A stretch of 64,000 nt of DNA. Source: Octopus vulgaris. Its lineage: Eukaryota. The translations under genes were made by a program, and so were the position numbers. Below, piece by piece: positions 39,770 through 54,640 of the stretch (position 1 is its first letter; each line of letters opens with the position of its first letter). The notes below the pieces were generated by a model, which saw nothing but the letters and a program-made list of their open reading frames with translations, ran no database searches and was not told the DNA's origin. Location: the NCBI GenBank assembly GCA_951406725.2, contig OX597815.1, positions 112,344,001 to 112,408,000 on the forward strand. The letters run 5' to 3'.

Positions 39770-41222
39770 ACTTTCAAGACTTATTAAAACATTTGTACCT
39801 ACATTCCGCATTTTCTCAAATGACGTAGGTATGGAATTTGGAATAGAACAGTGCACTATATTAAAAATGAAACAAGGGAGATTTGAAGAAAGCCAGGGAA
39901 TTGTAATGCCAAATGGGCAAACAATGAGAGCGGTTAAGAAAGGACATTGGTATAATTACTTGGAAGCATATTAGATAAAAATGAAACAAATTACCACTAG
40001 GAGAGTCAGAAAACTTTTGCAGTCAAAGCTGAATTCTAGAAATTTCATTGAAGCAATAAATTCAAGAGGAGTACCCTTAATCAAATACGGAGTTGGAATA
40101 ATACACTGGACCAGAAATGAAACAAAGGAACTTGACAGAAAAAACTAGGAAGTAGTTGACGATGTATGGCGCCCACCACACGAAAGCTGATATCAACCGG
40201 CTGTATTTGAGGAGAGACCAGGGTGGAACAGGCATAATAGCAGTAGAAGAATGTGTACAGATGGAAAGAAAATGTCTTGTAGAATATTTTCTGAGCAGCA
40301 CAGAAAAACTACTGAAGTTAGTTAAGAGGGAACAGGTAATGAAGAGCGTAATAGGAAAAAATGTCAAGAATGAAATACAAAGAGAGCACATCAGACACAT
40401 CGAAGAGAAACCTCTGTATGGCCAATTTTCGGGAGCCACTGAAGACGTATGTGGAACAAAATCCTGGGCTTGGTTAAAAAAAGGAGCAAATAAAAAAGGA
40501 ACAGAGAACCTAACTGTAGTAGCCCAAGATCAAGCGATAAAAACAGATAACTTGAGAAAAAATATTCATGGTGAGAATGTGTATGAAAAAAGTAGCGCCT
40601 GTGGAACTTGGAACGAGGCAATGTCACACATTGTGGAAGAATGCCCTAAGTTGGAACAGGAAGAATATACGAAATGGAAACAGAACCAGAATGTAAATGT
40701 TTTGACACTGGAAAAAAAATGGTACAATTATCGAGCCGAAAGAGTACTAAAGTCGGTGAAATATAAGATTTTGTGGAACTTTCCAATTTAAACGGACAAG
40801 AAGTTAGAAAACAATAGACCAGATATTATAGTTATAGATATGGAAAAGTGAAGTTGCTTACATATCGACCCATCATGCACATCTGACACCAGAATTGTAA
40901 AGAAAGAGGAAGAAAAACAATCCCCTAAAATTTTAAGTAGGAAAAATTTGGAGCATGCGGACAGTAAAGGTCATGCCTGTAACAGTTGGTGCGCTGGGAA
41001 CTGTACGCCAAGATATAGACTAATGGGTGAGGCAGAGTGAAATAGAATGCCCGGTAGAGTTCCCACAGAAGGTTTGTCTCTTAGGGGAAGCAAGGATTAG
41101 TAAGAGGGTACTCGGCACTTGAAGTACTGCTGAAAACGTGTAGATACCTAAGATTACAAGTAGTAATCCGTTATGTACATAATCTCTACCAGGAATAAGA
41201 CAGAACCTATGACAAGCTAAAA
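39770..41222 (+). mobile_element. R4/Dong LINE 3' 1.4 kb, decayed
   Basis: FSNDVGMEFGIEQC; LTMYGAHHTKADINRLYLRRDQGGTG; AQDQAIKT; HIVEECP; ILWNFPI..NRPDII. Confidence 0.9.
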
Positions 41223-41234
41223 TAATAATATTGA

Positions 41235-42790
41235 TTTCTTTATTAACCACAAGGGTTTACATTAAGAAAAACATTGTGGACAGTACAGGACAAAACAAAA
41301 GAGAGTGCATATTATGTATGTATGTGTGTGTTGTTGTGAGGGTTTTGCGCGTAAAAAAACATTAACAATATTAGAAAAAAACAATCAATAATGTGTACTC
41401 TTGAATAGGGAGGAGACCTTCGAGCGCTGCTCATGGAAAAATAAACTATAAAAACTATGGGTACCATGACATTTTGGGGCAGGTACCTTTTTCCTTTCTT
41501 TTTTTCGAATTACAGGCGTATGCCCAGGGCAGACATGTTCGATCACATCATTCTTGCCACTTTCATTCACCTTTCAGGAAACTGGCTAGAAGGCAACACT
41601 TCCTTCTCTACACATATTTTCCTATTCAAGTGAAACTTGAAGAAGTTGATTAGTGGTTGGCCAAAGAGAAAGTGTTTGTCTTCAGCCCCTTCAATTTCGT
41701 CCACCATACAACCTCTTCGTCATGGCCACCAGCCATATAAACACAGCCTTTCCTTCCCAGTTAGCCTTTGCCTGCGATAGCAGGTGTTCAACATAAACCA
41801 ACTGGTCAACAATACACGAACACTGGACGAGTACATGCATGACTCTTTCGTTGTCCAGCGCGCATCTCGGATATGCACGGCTGTCGGCACTTTCGTGCCT
41901 ATAAAGCTTATCTCAAACAAGCAAAGCTCGCCGGTAGCACTGCCAGGCCAGAGATTTTTGGAAATAATTCATCGGTCCCGGTTCGAAAGCAATCCGGAAA
42001 AGAGCGGCTATCTGATCTTCGACACCTACGGTCTCCCCCAGAACGTCGTCGCTCTTTCCCTCCACTAATCCTCTATAAAAAGCCAAAGTCGTTGTTCCAC
42101 CCATCGCAGTGTCCGATTGGTTGGTGGGGATGTGAGCGCTTGAAGATATTCCATTTTCCAAATGCTCCTCCTATGCCTCTGATTTACCCAGGACCGCAAC
42201 TCCGTTAAAGAAACCAGCTGCAGAAATACGTGTTTGGTGAACGGAGACCACACCTGTTCACCGACAAGAAAGCACTGGAGATGTAGCGTCAGCACATGTT
42301 TGCATATATCATTAACCACAGAATACCCAGGCTACCATGCAGCGAATGTTGACAGCAGATACACTGCCTGAACATCGGGACGCGTTCCTTTCACAAGAAG
42401 CTCCAGCGTATTAAGACATTGTCCGGACAAGGCACGACGGTCAAGCGATACTAGATGACGGACGCCATATACGTGTTAGCCACCTCTGCCCGACCTTTCA
42501 GGGATACCTCTCTGACGACCTATTTCTGGATGAAAGTAGTCACTCTGCTCGTTACTTCGCCTTTTTTTTTGTCCATCTGGTGGTTGGGATCGAACAAGAC
42601 GCCGAGCAATTTAACCGGTCCGTCCGATCACCACCAAACGATGCAGTTGGACGGCATGGACTCGTTTCTCCAGGTGCTGAACTACATCCCAATGATTTTT
42701 CCTGGGTAATTATCGCTTCTGAAACCGCCTCAAAATCCCTGAGAACGGTGTCGTTCATTTCTACGTGTTTATGACGCGACACCACTACTG
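41235..42790 (-). mobile_element. Tx1 LINE 3' fragment, decayed
   Basis: Homologous to 19000-20500 (W*SDGPVKLLGVLFDP; GEQVWSPF; RIAFEPGPMNYFQKSLAWQCYRRAL). Confidence 0.85.
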
Positions 42791-44879
42791 AGAAAGAAGC
42801 CGTTGTTTTTATAGTTGTTGTTATTCTTATTATTGTTGTTGTTTTTGCTACTGCTATTGTTGTTGTTGCTGTTGTTCTTGCTATTGTTGTTACTATTGTT
42901 TCTGTTGTTGTCGTTACTTGTACACGCATCATCCGTCGCTTCGCGCACGAAAAGACACTTATTGTTTACATTTTCGAAATTGTTGTATTTATTTCGAACA
43001 ACGTTGTCAAAAACGGAACCATTGTTTTTCAAAAGATCTGTTAAGAGATCTTTCTCAAAAAAATTGGCCCTTGATCATAAGCCTGCTTGATCAGGAATAA
43101 TTCTTGGAATAAAGAACTATAACACGTATTCTGAAACTTCACATTCCATTTGAAAAGATACAAATATTTCAAATCAGTTAAAGTACAAATAAAATTACTA
43201 AGCCATACAGACAGTGATATTACCCGTCCTCATGAACTACAAGCAATGCTTATATGTTTTATTATTCTTTATTCGGCATGAAACTTTATTTACAATGACA
43301 AATGACTATTTAAAGTGCAACCAACTCATCATTAGTAGCAGGACAGAGACGCCAAAAAACAAAGCAATATAAAACCTATATGAATTGAAAGAAATCAGTG
43401 AGGGATTGTTTACACGGCCACTCACCCTGCTAGGAACAGCAGCCAGCTTCTCTCAACTGGAACACCATCTTCTTAAAACTGGCGGTATATAGTGAACAAT
43501 GTAGTAATATAAAGGAAAGGATGAAATGTCCAAAGGTGGAATGAATTTGATCAGAGACTCAGATCAATGAGAAGCGACCTAGAGTTACACAAAATTAGAA
43601 CCAACGTTATACAATGTGCTAAGCACATCCGAAAATACAAACATCAAAATAACAAATTCTGAGTCACGAGAGCGAGCAGTGGCTCATCTACGTAGTCACT
43701 CATCATGTAAAATATATCAATCAAATATGTCTCACGCAACACACTGCACCCCTTAACAAAATTTAAACAAAATTTAAATAAAAGAAATAATGTTGTTTAT
43801 TGCGCATTGTGCTTAAAAGAAAGGTGAGCTAGGTATAATGTGAATGCTTTTGATCACAGATCTGCTTGATCAGTACCTACCTAGCGATAATCAACAGGTG
43901 AAAGAATTCCTAATATCTTAAGTTCTAAATAATGGTTAATGATTATGATGGGATGTAACTTTGACCACACTGCAATCAGTGACAGAATCGGCGTCTTCTC
44001 TTCAGGTCTTTACAAACGAATAAATTTATTTCTACTGTTAAAATATCATCTATGGGAGTACATCTTATAACGATGGACCAACAAACACCACTTGGAAGTG
44101 CTGTACGCTTGCTGGACAGCCATACTCTAACTAACATTCAATAACAGAATAGTACGATGCAAAGGTAGAAATAAAATCAAGCCAATTGAATTCACGGAAA
44201 TATCCGAACGTCCTTTATGTTTTGTTTTGAATTGTTTATTATATGACTGCAACAGGCACGATAATTGACGCGTCACCCCCTGTTAGACTTTCCGTTCCTG
44301 TTCATCACGATTCTCCATCATTTTATAAGGAAAACCAAAACTGGTCTGGTCTTTCCATGAATCGGTTTTTCGATTAACATGTGACTGACTAACACTAGGA
44401 AAAAATAATATGTGATATAATATGTCAGAAACAGAAAACAGACAACATATGACAATGAAATACACTTTAGTCTACTAATAAGTATCAAATAACAATAAGC
44501 ATCAAACTCACTAAAACCATGAGATTTCACCTCCGACGAAAGCTGACAAATTTCCCAAAGTGAGTGAGCCATTTAAAATCAATGGGAATACTTTAACAGA
44601 ATGAAGAAAATGTAAATTAAAGTCAACACGACAAACAAAACAAATAAAGAGAAGATAGCTGACATTCACATAAATACAATATCACAAATTTAGGAAAGGG
44701 GATTAAAAACAAGTCGAATAGAAATAATAATTCGGTTAACCAATGACAACAAAAAATACCCCAGGACCTGCATATTACGGGAAAGGAAATAAAACACGTA
44801 ATAGAATAAAATTGATCCTATCAAAATCACCAAAGAGACAGAACTACAGCGCGCAAGAAGACAAACAACAAATAATGCA

Positions 44880-46330
44880 ATGAACTTGATAGCAAAATGT
44901 GAGCAGGTTTTGAAAGAATGCTTGCCACGAAAACCAATTTCAATGTCGATAATCTGAATAATGTAATTTAGCAAGTAGTCATGGTTGCATTGAAGGAAAC
45001 CAAGTTCTATCCTCATAGCTTATATAATTACTTCCCCCAAACCCTCCACAAAGAGAAGGGGGAAAATAATACATCAAGAAAATAGAAGTCATATATTCTG
45101 TAAGTGAAACAGAAGTAGAGGCTGTAACGTATAACGGGAAATGTTATCAGAAATATTGAACTTGCGATAAAACCGAAAATCCTGAAAGTGAAAACAAACG
45201 TAAAACGTCTGCTTATGACAAATCTTACTGAACAAGAATTTGAAAATTGTTTGTGCTACTCTCAAAGATATGGCGTTATGTCAATTAGATATTAGAACAA
45301 ATATAAAAAGAATTACACCTGAACACCAATAGGACAACAAACAAAAGATATTGGAACACATAAACAGGACATACGTATCTGAACTATACAGCTAAATAGA
45401 TTTCCAAAAGGAATAACAAGAAGCTAGGATTAAAACAAAAAAATCTGATAGCATACCTACCTACATACGCACACACACATACTCACACATACACACACAC
45501 ACGCATACGCATACACACACATATATATTGTACACACACACACACAATCATATACATATATAGTGATGTGCTTATGCATGTGAATATGGTTGACCACAGA
45601 ATAAATACGACACTCCATAATCATCCCTGACATATACACCTTCCAGTAGGCTAGCTACTCATCTGAAATATAATAATACCTTACTACAGAACCAAGAAAG
45701 ATGTATGAAAGGATTATCATTCTGATAGCGTTTGATAAACGAATAGTTGTAAGAGATATCAAGGTAGAAAACAAATCTCTCAACATGGCATGAATCGATT
45801 GCCGAAAAGCTTTCTATAGCATTTCTGGATATTGAATACAGGACAAATACTGCGTAAAGAAAGCACACCCACATACGCACAATTGTGCGATACTATAGCA
45901 GCCTTAGTCTGTCAAATTGAAGAATGTCATTTAACTCTGCAGTATGACTTGAATCAGTACTTTCTCTTAAAAAAGAAGGAATTTTTCAAACAAATTTCTT
46001 ATTCCCAATAATGCTATCTATCTCTGGTTCCACAGATGGAAGTATAAAAAAAAGACTATTAATACTTACCAATGATATCCATAAACTATAAGTTTTTCAA
46101 TATACATCAGTTGACACTAAACTGGAAAGCAAACACCTCAATGGCGAGTATCAACTCAACATTTAATTTTTATTGAAGAGTAAAATCAAATTCACATAAT
46201 ATTAAACAAACTAACCCTAGCAATTAAAGAAAATATGAATTACGACATCCAACTCAAAATGCTGTTAGAATTAGACTCCCAAAACATAGATTTCTCTCAT
46301 ATGTGTACTTACGAGTAAATAGAGCTGATA
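44880..46330 (+). mobile_element. Very decayed APE-type LINE (RTE-like) remnants
   Basis: VVMVALKETKF resembles the IALQETKL motif; otherwise fragmentary. Confidence 0.3.
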
Positions 46331-46382
46331 CAATACAAAATAAAGAAATTAAGGAGAAAATCAGTAACGAGTGCTTGGAAGA

Positions 46383-46418
<36 letters not shown>

Positions 46419-46710
46419 TGACGTAAGTAGGTATACACAAAATAAAATCAAAAATGAAAAATTCAGTCGTCATTAATTTTGATTGAGGGCGCTGGGTACC
46501 GCCTATATTGCTATAAACAACAGTTAAATCCCTAAGAATAGCAAGGTGGCGCATTTAGATATACTGAAAGGGGAGATAACCACCCCATGAGCGAAGCTCA
46601 ATTAGTGGACTAGACTAGCTTCGTCTGTAAAATTACATGGTGGAGAGTGACTACTCCATCGCTGAATGGCTTAGCAAAATCCAGAACATATATATATATA
46701 TATATATATA

Positions 46711-46944
46711 TAATAAATATTAGGGAATAAATCCAAATTTACAGGGAAAAAAATCAGATTTAGGATTAAATCCAATTTTATAGTAAAATATTATATAATA
46801 TTATTAGAGACAAAACCACTATTTTGCAAAACAAACAAGGAAAGACTTAATCAATACATAACATTTTTTGACTTTTTATTAAAATTTTATGTATTGATTA
46901 AGTCTTTCCTTGTTTGTTTTGCAAAATAGTGGTTTTGTCTCTAA

Positions 46945-46956
<12 letters not shown>
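46711..46956. repeat. 70-bp perfect inverted repeat (46792-46861 / 46887-46956) within (TA)n; probable Penelope terminus
   Basis: tatataatattattagagacaaaaccactattttgcaaaacaaacaaggaaagacttaatcaatacataa and its exact reverse complement, 25-bp spacer. Confidence 0.9.
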
Positions 46957-47004
<48 letters not shown>

Positions 47005-47014
47005 AGTATGTAAG

Positions 47015-47089
<75 letters not shown>

Positions 47090-48146
47090 TCCCTTTTGCC
47101 TGCGTGGTTTGTTTTCAATTGCTTTGGTTTTTTTGGGGGAACTACCTTTAAAGTAGAAGGAATAGTTAAGATTTTTGACTGCTATTTATAAACTTCGGTG
47201 TGTGCAAATCGTTGCTGAACCCTAATTATATAGTATATATATATATATATATATATAAAGTTGAACTCATTCCCTGAATTAAGAATGTAACCAGAGTAAA
47301 TTACAGTAAATTACAGCTGGTGGAGCAACACATTGGACATTTGGTGAACGGAAAAGATAAAGCTGTTCATCGCATTGCATACCAGTACAACCCAAGCGAT
47401 TGAACTGAAATATATAAAATGCGCACGATGAAGAAAATACCTGATGCAAAGAGTGAACTATTTAAATATAAGTATACTTTTTAAAATTACTTAGAAAATA
47501 TTACAGGAAGACTTATCTGAGAAATACAGAAATATGAAAGAACTGAGCACTATTTTCTATTTCTAACATAGGAGGTATGTAGATACTACAAGCTCAGTGG
47601 ATGGCGAAACGTACAAATAAAGACAGCTCAAGAGAATTGATTAAAAAATTAGAAAATAAATTTGATTTCCATTAAATAGGATACGACCGAAGCGAAATCA
47701 TGCCCGGACAAAGTGCAATTCAACAAATATGGAAGCGAAAAGTTTTTTTTTATGCATCTAGAATAAAGGTACTAATGGTAAGCATAATTTTAAGCACTTC
47801 AAATCAATGCTGAGCCACATAATGAAAAAAATCTATCAGAAAGAATTAATAAGTTTACTTCATCAGTAGACAAGCTGATGAAATAAGAGAATATTGACTA
47901 CCCCATTCCACTTTTAATGTACTCACAAAGACGGAATATACTTATACACGCGCGTGTGTCAGTAATTATCTAAAGTCCAATAACCAGACATCTCAAAATA
48001 ACAATAAGTAAATGCTATAAGAAATCATCAAATTCCCTATATCACAAAATCTGTAAAAGAATATTCTGTAAAATGGCTACACAAACTTAAAACGTGTGCT
48101 GCCCAAGTATCTTAATGAAAACCAAATGGAAACTTTTGTATTGATA

Positions 48147-48184
<38 letters not shown>

Positions 48185-48385
48185 TCGTTCCTAATATTGT
48201 CATACAGTAGTTTCCAAGATTATGAAAGTAAAGAGAACGTAAATTAGAAATAGGAAATGTGTGGTGTATGAGAGTAAAAATAGTATAAATGATAATTGGT
48301 TCACTGTGTATGATAATAAAAAGGTAAGATCAAAGCTGTAAATACATTACTGTTTCACATCATTATATACACAACATAAACATCT

Positions 48386-48464
<79 letters not shown>

Positions 48465-48465
<1 letters not shown>

Positions 48466-49260
48466 ATATCAACGAAGGATGAGGGGGTCAATACAGAGAC
48501 AGACATGAAATCTGGGGGTTTACATATAATAATGAAATGATTAAAAAAATGGTAAGTGTACACGGTATACACAGAAAAAGAAGTGACATATGCATAGCAT
48601 ACAAAGGTTAAAAAAAGCCGGGAGAAGGATAGAGATGTGGCCCTCCTGATACAGGAACGCCTGTAGGGATAATCGAGGAACGCCACTGTCCGAGATTTCC
48701 TTGAGACCTTAAGTGCAAGCGCTCTCTTCAATTCCTTCTCTCCGACTCATATGTCTACACTTAGAGAGGTACCGTCCTCTCTTGCCCTTTTCGCATCCGC
48801 AGCCCACTTTTCAATAAACTTACTCGAGGATAGCACGTCCCTCTCTACTCTCAATTTCCTTTTCTAGTGAAACTTGAAAAAGTCGGTGAGAGATCTACCA
48901 AAGAGGAATGTATCTTTCCTCCTGCCTTTCAGCCTTGTCTACCAAACAACCTCTTTCACCACAGTCACAAAGTAAAGGAAAACAACCCCACAAACCAACA
49001 ATCCCCAGACACTGAACGGGGGCGTGCAGAACGGCTTCATCATATTGCACACACCTCGAACAAGTCCGTCTGACAGGACATCCGTCCCTATAGAATTTAT
49101 CTCGAACCGGTAGTGACCCCCGGTAGCACTGTCAGGCCAAGGACATTTGGAAATTATCCATGATAGTTCCCGACCCGGAAAGTCCTCCACAACAGACTAG
49201 CCAGTTCGTTCTCGTCGGCGTCCGTAGATTCCCCGAGAACGTTGTCGCACGTCCCCGCTA
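48465..49260 (-). mobile_element. Tx1 LINE 3' end followed by (TAC)n
   Basis: Homologous to 19740-20400 (DFPGRELSWIISKCPWPDSATGG in an alternative frame; KEVVW*TRLK). Confidence 0.85.
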
Positions 49261-49309
49261 ATATATAATAATATTAATAATAATGATGATGATGATGATG
49301 ATGATAATG

Positions 49310-49375
<66 letters not shown>

Positions 49376-49377
<2 letters not shown>

Positions 49378-49659
49378 CTAGAATGTGGAATCTGAAAACA
49401 GAAACAATTCCTATCATAGTAGGTGCATTAGGCATGATAAAAAAATATTCAGACAAATACATAACAAAAACACCAGGACTTACAAACACATATAACATAC
49501 AGAAAATTGCACTACTAGGCACTGCACACATCCTACGCAGAACACTTTCCATACAATAACCATCAGAGCATCACAACAAATCACAGCACATACCCAAGGC
49601 ACACAGAGCTGCGCTCGGTAGTGAAGTGAAAGCACGCTATAAAAATAAAAATAAAACTA

Positions 49660-49664
<5 letters not shown>
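49376..49664 (+). mobile_element. Young R4/Dong LINE 3' end in (AAT)n
   Basis: TRMWNLKTETIPIIVGALG..ILRRTLSIQ* + UTR nearly identical to 14793-15035. Confidence 0.92.
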
Positions 49665-49699
<35 letters not shown>

Positions 49700-49703
49700 G
49701 CAC

Positions 49704-50172
49704 TATAAAAGATGGGCTACAGCAAATATTCTGCTCAATACCACAGATTTGCTTGTCAGTTGCTTGACCTTAACCAGTTGAGCATGTCCCTTAGTGGCTG
49801 AGGATATGTACATCTCTGATGACGAGCAGAAGTAGTGGGGAACATCATAGCCATGTGTTCATAGGGATTCTTTGGGGTTTGAATAATTCACCTCTGGAAA
49901 CATGTGTGCTTCGTTCAACATCCTTAAACAAGTCTTATTCAGGGACCTTTTGGGTGGGATGGGTTACTCGACCAGAAGAAAATTCTAACTGGGCCCCACC
50001 TGCAAGGTCATGTGCTGTTTATCTTGATATAAGATCACCATATCGCGCACATTTGGTTGTGATGCATGTGCCTACTGTATCCTTATCAGACAGGTAGTCA
50101 TGATGTGTATACTGGGCTGCGTATATTTTACCCCAGTGTCACTTTGATGGCATGCACTGCTCTCTCACTCAA
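49704..50172 (+). mobile_element. ~470-bp non-autonomous (AAT)-tailed element
   Basis: Reverse complement of 6918-7386; lies directly after the (AAT) tail of an R4 copy. Confidence 0.85.
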
Positions 50173-50184
50173 TAATAATAATCT

Positions 50185-50824
<640 letters not shown>

Positions 50825-53074
50825 AATGATAATAATAATAACAACAACAACAACAACAACAACAACAATAATAATAATAATTATTATTATTATGATTATT
50901 ATTATTATTTATTATTATTATTATAATTATTTTTATTATATGTTTGAGAGTAGACAAAGCAATGATTAGTGAAGGCCGTAACTATATTTCAAACCCTGTT
51001 TAATGTATTCATCTGCATAAGTTCTAAAGTAAGAATACTTAATATAGGGGACAATTCTGGGTAGACAGCCTTAAAATATTACAAAATGTAACCTCTTCTC
51101 ACTTCTAGTACACCAGGAAATTCGGCAAACAGGTGCAAGTCAATATTGTGATTAATACATCGACTATATTCCATCCCAAGCAACATTAGTTGGTACTAGA
51201 TAAATTTGTTTATAGGTTGAGTGTTGCGTTCTTACGGATATATGTTCACTCAAACATATTAGCACTTTTGATTTAATTTAGTGATATCTCAAAAAGTGAG
51301 AATCTTTTATAGAAAGAATGAGGTTATGAACTCCAACTAAGATCACACCGAGACACGATTTAGTATCCTGGTCATCGTGATCTTATTTTGCTCTTCACTT
51401 CGAGCATTTTCGATCTGAGAGAATAGGTTGAAGAAGAATTATCATTGTGATTCGCTTAATCACGTTTGACCTGAGGTTACTAAACAGTAACAACACGAAT
51501 ACCAGATCTCCTCCAACTGAGAACATAACATCATAAAAAGAACTCAGGTTTAGACAACAGTAGCAGCAACAAAAGCGAGAACTCACGCAGATTTTTCATT
51601 GTTTTCGACTTCCTTTTACAAAAATGGCAACCAAATCTCGCTTCACTAAATTCCCACGATCTTAAATAAATACAGATTAAATCATGTAGTTATATCTACC
51701 TCCTAAAAGGAAGAAATGCTCACGACTTGAATCTTGTTTTAAGTCATAAGTTTACTGTAAGTGATTTATTGTAGCGCTTAACTATAACAACAACAAAGTT
51801 GACAATTATAGAAAGTGATTTTGATATCCTTTCTAATATTATATCTGCGATTACCATGAACAAGCAGAACGATAATAACCACACAGTGTTCTTTACAATC
51901 AGAAACGTCAACAACAAAAAGCAATAACAAGAGCGTACGCGTTCTTTCTCTCTTTTCTCGAATCAAATGTCAGCTCCCCTCAGTTACACATTGACGTCTT
52001 ATAAACAAAAAAAATATTTTAAAATTCAATGTTGCTGAGAGCCGTAAAGTTTACGGCTGAAATAATGTTAAGATAACAGAGGGACAAGGCAAAAGCTGTA
52101 GACCAATTATTGTAATGTCACTGGTCATAGGTCTGCTCAATGAGTAAGTCAAGATGAACGCAAAACATGAAAAAGAAAACCAAATTTCAATGTTTACTCT
52201 ATACAAATAAAGACACTAAGATACTCACGCATATAGGGAACAATCATTACAAAACTTACACATATACTGAAAGAGAAATCATTCAACCACATTGTTATTC
52301 CAGTGAAAAGGGCCCTTGGAGAATCTGCTATATTGCAGTTCTATCTGATACACTTACTACCACATTTTTATGAGCACCTGTCCGAACGGTAAGAAATTAA
52401 TACACATGCGATGATGTGCTCTGGATACGTTTTAATTTAGTTTTAAACTTGGATAATCACGGCTGCAATGCCGTGAATCATAGCTCTACTTAGTGAAGGC
52501 TGAAATGTGATTAAAGAATTGAATATGATATAAAAGCCATATATGACGATTACCTTCCGGGTATGTTCTACAGCCCTAAAAAATAATAAGATGCATACAG
52601 CTTGAAAATGAACCAAAAATAGAGCGTCTCTATGATCACCTTTCTTTGCTGGCTCCATTACCCTAATCTCCAGCAAATCACACCTTAACTTCCACAGACA
52701 AGAAACAGAGACATTGAACAAAGCCCTCTTGTGTACATTTCGGACTGTCTCATGGTCAGGATTTAACTGCTTTCGATAAAAGGATTGCTTAATGAAGTCT
52801 TCTTTGAAACTCAGCAACACCAACAACAGCAAATCCTAAGCAGACCTCACAAAATTTACGGCAGCAACCAAAGAAGCTATAGACCTCTTAACCATAACGA
52901 AATATTAGTGAATATGCCAGAATACAACATGTTCTCAAGTTACAACCCAACAACCTGTGGTCTCTACTTCCATTTCTCTTCTCTAAGGTTACAGACATCA
53001 CCTAAAACGTCATTAATGAGTGAGTCCTACTTCCTCCGAAGTAACCAGCCAAGTTACTTCCTTATCACCTCAAG

Positions 53075-53300
53075 TCAGCTGAAAAGTATATAGGCTGACT
53101 AAGGTATTCCCATGGAATGTGACGAAATGAGGTTTACTTTTTAAAGTGCTCTATACGGTCTGCACACGTCTTGCATTGGTGTTGCAATGCTTGGGTCCCA
53201 TTGGTAAAGAAGCTTTCATTGTGTTTGTCAAAAACGCCATCATCAGCAGATATTAAGTCATCGTCACAGTGATACTGGTTCTCAGCCAAGCTGCATCTGC
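53075..53300 (-). mobile_element. Mariner transposase C-terminus + putative TIR
   Basis: AENQYHCDDDLISA..FDKHNESFFTNGTQALQHQCKTCAD..; TIR-like gtcagctgaaaagtatataggctga. Confidence 0.7.
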
Positions 53301-53309
53301 CTCAAAAAT

Positions 53310-54235
53310 ATTATGACTTTCCCTGATGTGACCAGACTGTGGCGCTTTTCAGCGGAATGCAGGTTGGTGGTCCTTGACGAGACACTAAACAGCGGTAAGG
53401 TCTCACATCATAGTAATGTTATGTTTCTTTAACGTATTCTGCGATGCACGCGTAGATTACGTCCGCTCGTCTACTGATAGGGGAAGAAACCCGTTCTTCA
53501 GTAATCTACTCAGTCGATTTCAGCTGGCAGAGGGGTACAGACTAGATGTCGCAGATGATCCATTGTGGATATAGACTAATACCGATCTCATTTAGACAGG
53601 ATTCTAATTAGCAAAATGGACAAAAACCTAGTTAGTCGTCCACAATTTCACTATGTCAGCTACAGTGATCACATATTGAATGGAGGAAAAGTTAACCGAG
53701 GTAAATCAGTCAGCTTGCAACTCAGCGCCTGGAGAGGCAAGACGATACCGCTCAACATCCTCGTAGGGCGGTACACGGAGGGGCCGGTTAATTTGATAGA
53801 CACAGAGAAGAAGTGGATCGAGGAGACGAGCAGGGTGACCCACCTAAATTAGACCTGGTCCGAGCGGTGGCGATCCCTGAAAGGACTGAGGTCGCAGGAA
53901 TGTTTATCGCTTCTGTGATTACCTACCGCCTAAACATCGAGAATTTCCCCCGTAAGTGACTGATCAATTTAGAGCGTCTGCTCTTCAACTTTTTGTGGAG
54001 GAATAGAAGTCCGCTTGTAAGGCATGGGAAAATGATGCCTTAGCTGTTGATGCGGAGACATGCGCTGAGGTTGAAGCATCTGTGGCTCTACCTGGGTGAA
54101 CAGTTGTGGTCTCCATTCGTTCGATCGTTACTTCCTGGGCTTACTAGTTTGAGTAAACTAGGACCTTGTGAACTAGTACCTTGGCAAGCGAAGTGTCATC
54201 CGGCATTCAAGCTTCTCTGTCACACGGCAACACCA
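53310..54235 (+). mobile_element. Internally deleted Tx1 ORF2 (APE joined to RT C-terminus)
   Basis: NLLSRFQLAEGYRLD..YVSYSDH then KVNRGKSVSLQL..YTEGPV..ALRLKHLWLYLGEQLWSP. Confidence 0.8.
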
Positions 54236-54239
54236 GCGG

Positions 54240-54640
54240 CAGAAACATATTGGCAAGGAATTGCCAAAATGAACAAAAAACTGATACTCTTCAATTACAG
54301 TCTGGTCAACAGAAGAGAGCCAATCATTCTTCATGACAATGCTCGACTACACGTTTCACGAATGACGCTCCAGGAGGTGAGGGAAATTGGTTACGAAGTT
54401 CTTCCCCACTCAGCTTATTCCCCAGACGTTTCTCCTACCCACTACCTCATTTTCAAAAACCTTGATTTTTTTCTGCGAGAGGAGTTCAAAAATCAAACCG
54501 ATGCTTAAAGTGCGTTCAAAGAGTTCGTCAGCTCCAGAACTGCAGATTTTTATGTTACTGAAATAAACAAACTTGTAATTCATTGGCAAAATGTGTTGAC
54601 TGTAATGGTACTTACTTTGATTAATAAAATTTCGATATTG
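54240..54640 (+). mobile_element. Mariner (Hsmar1/cecropia-like) transposase C-terminal half, decayed
   Basis: LVNRREPIILHDNARLH..GYEVLPHSAYSPDVSPTHY.IF..LDFFL..AFKEFV..FY..INKL..WQ. Confidence 0.88.

Noticed and set aside
43945-44135. Possible discoidin (FA58C) exon, and a C-type-lectin-like WDDVRC motif near 37355
   Set aside because: Similarity too weak to support by eye; worth revisiting only if the fossil gene is confirmed
52440-53060. Jockey/I-type RT remnant (QRSYRPL)
   Set aside because: Only one short motif; the rest of the RT could not be traced
54047-54508. SETMAR host gene
   Set aside because: No SET domain, catalytic motif mutated, truncated and fused to Tx1 debris
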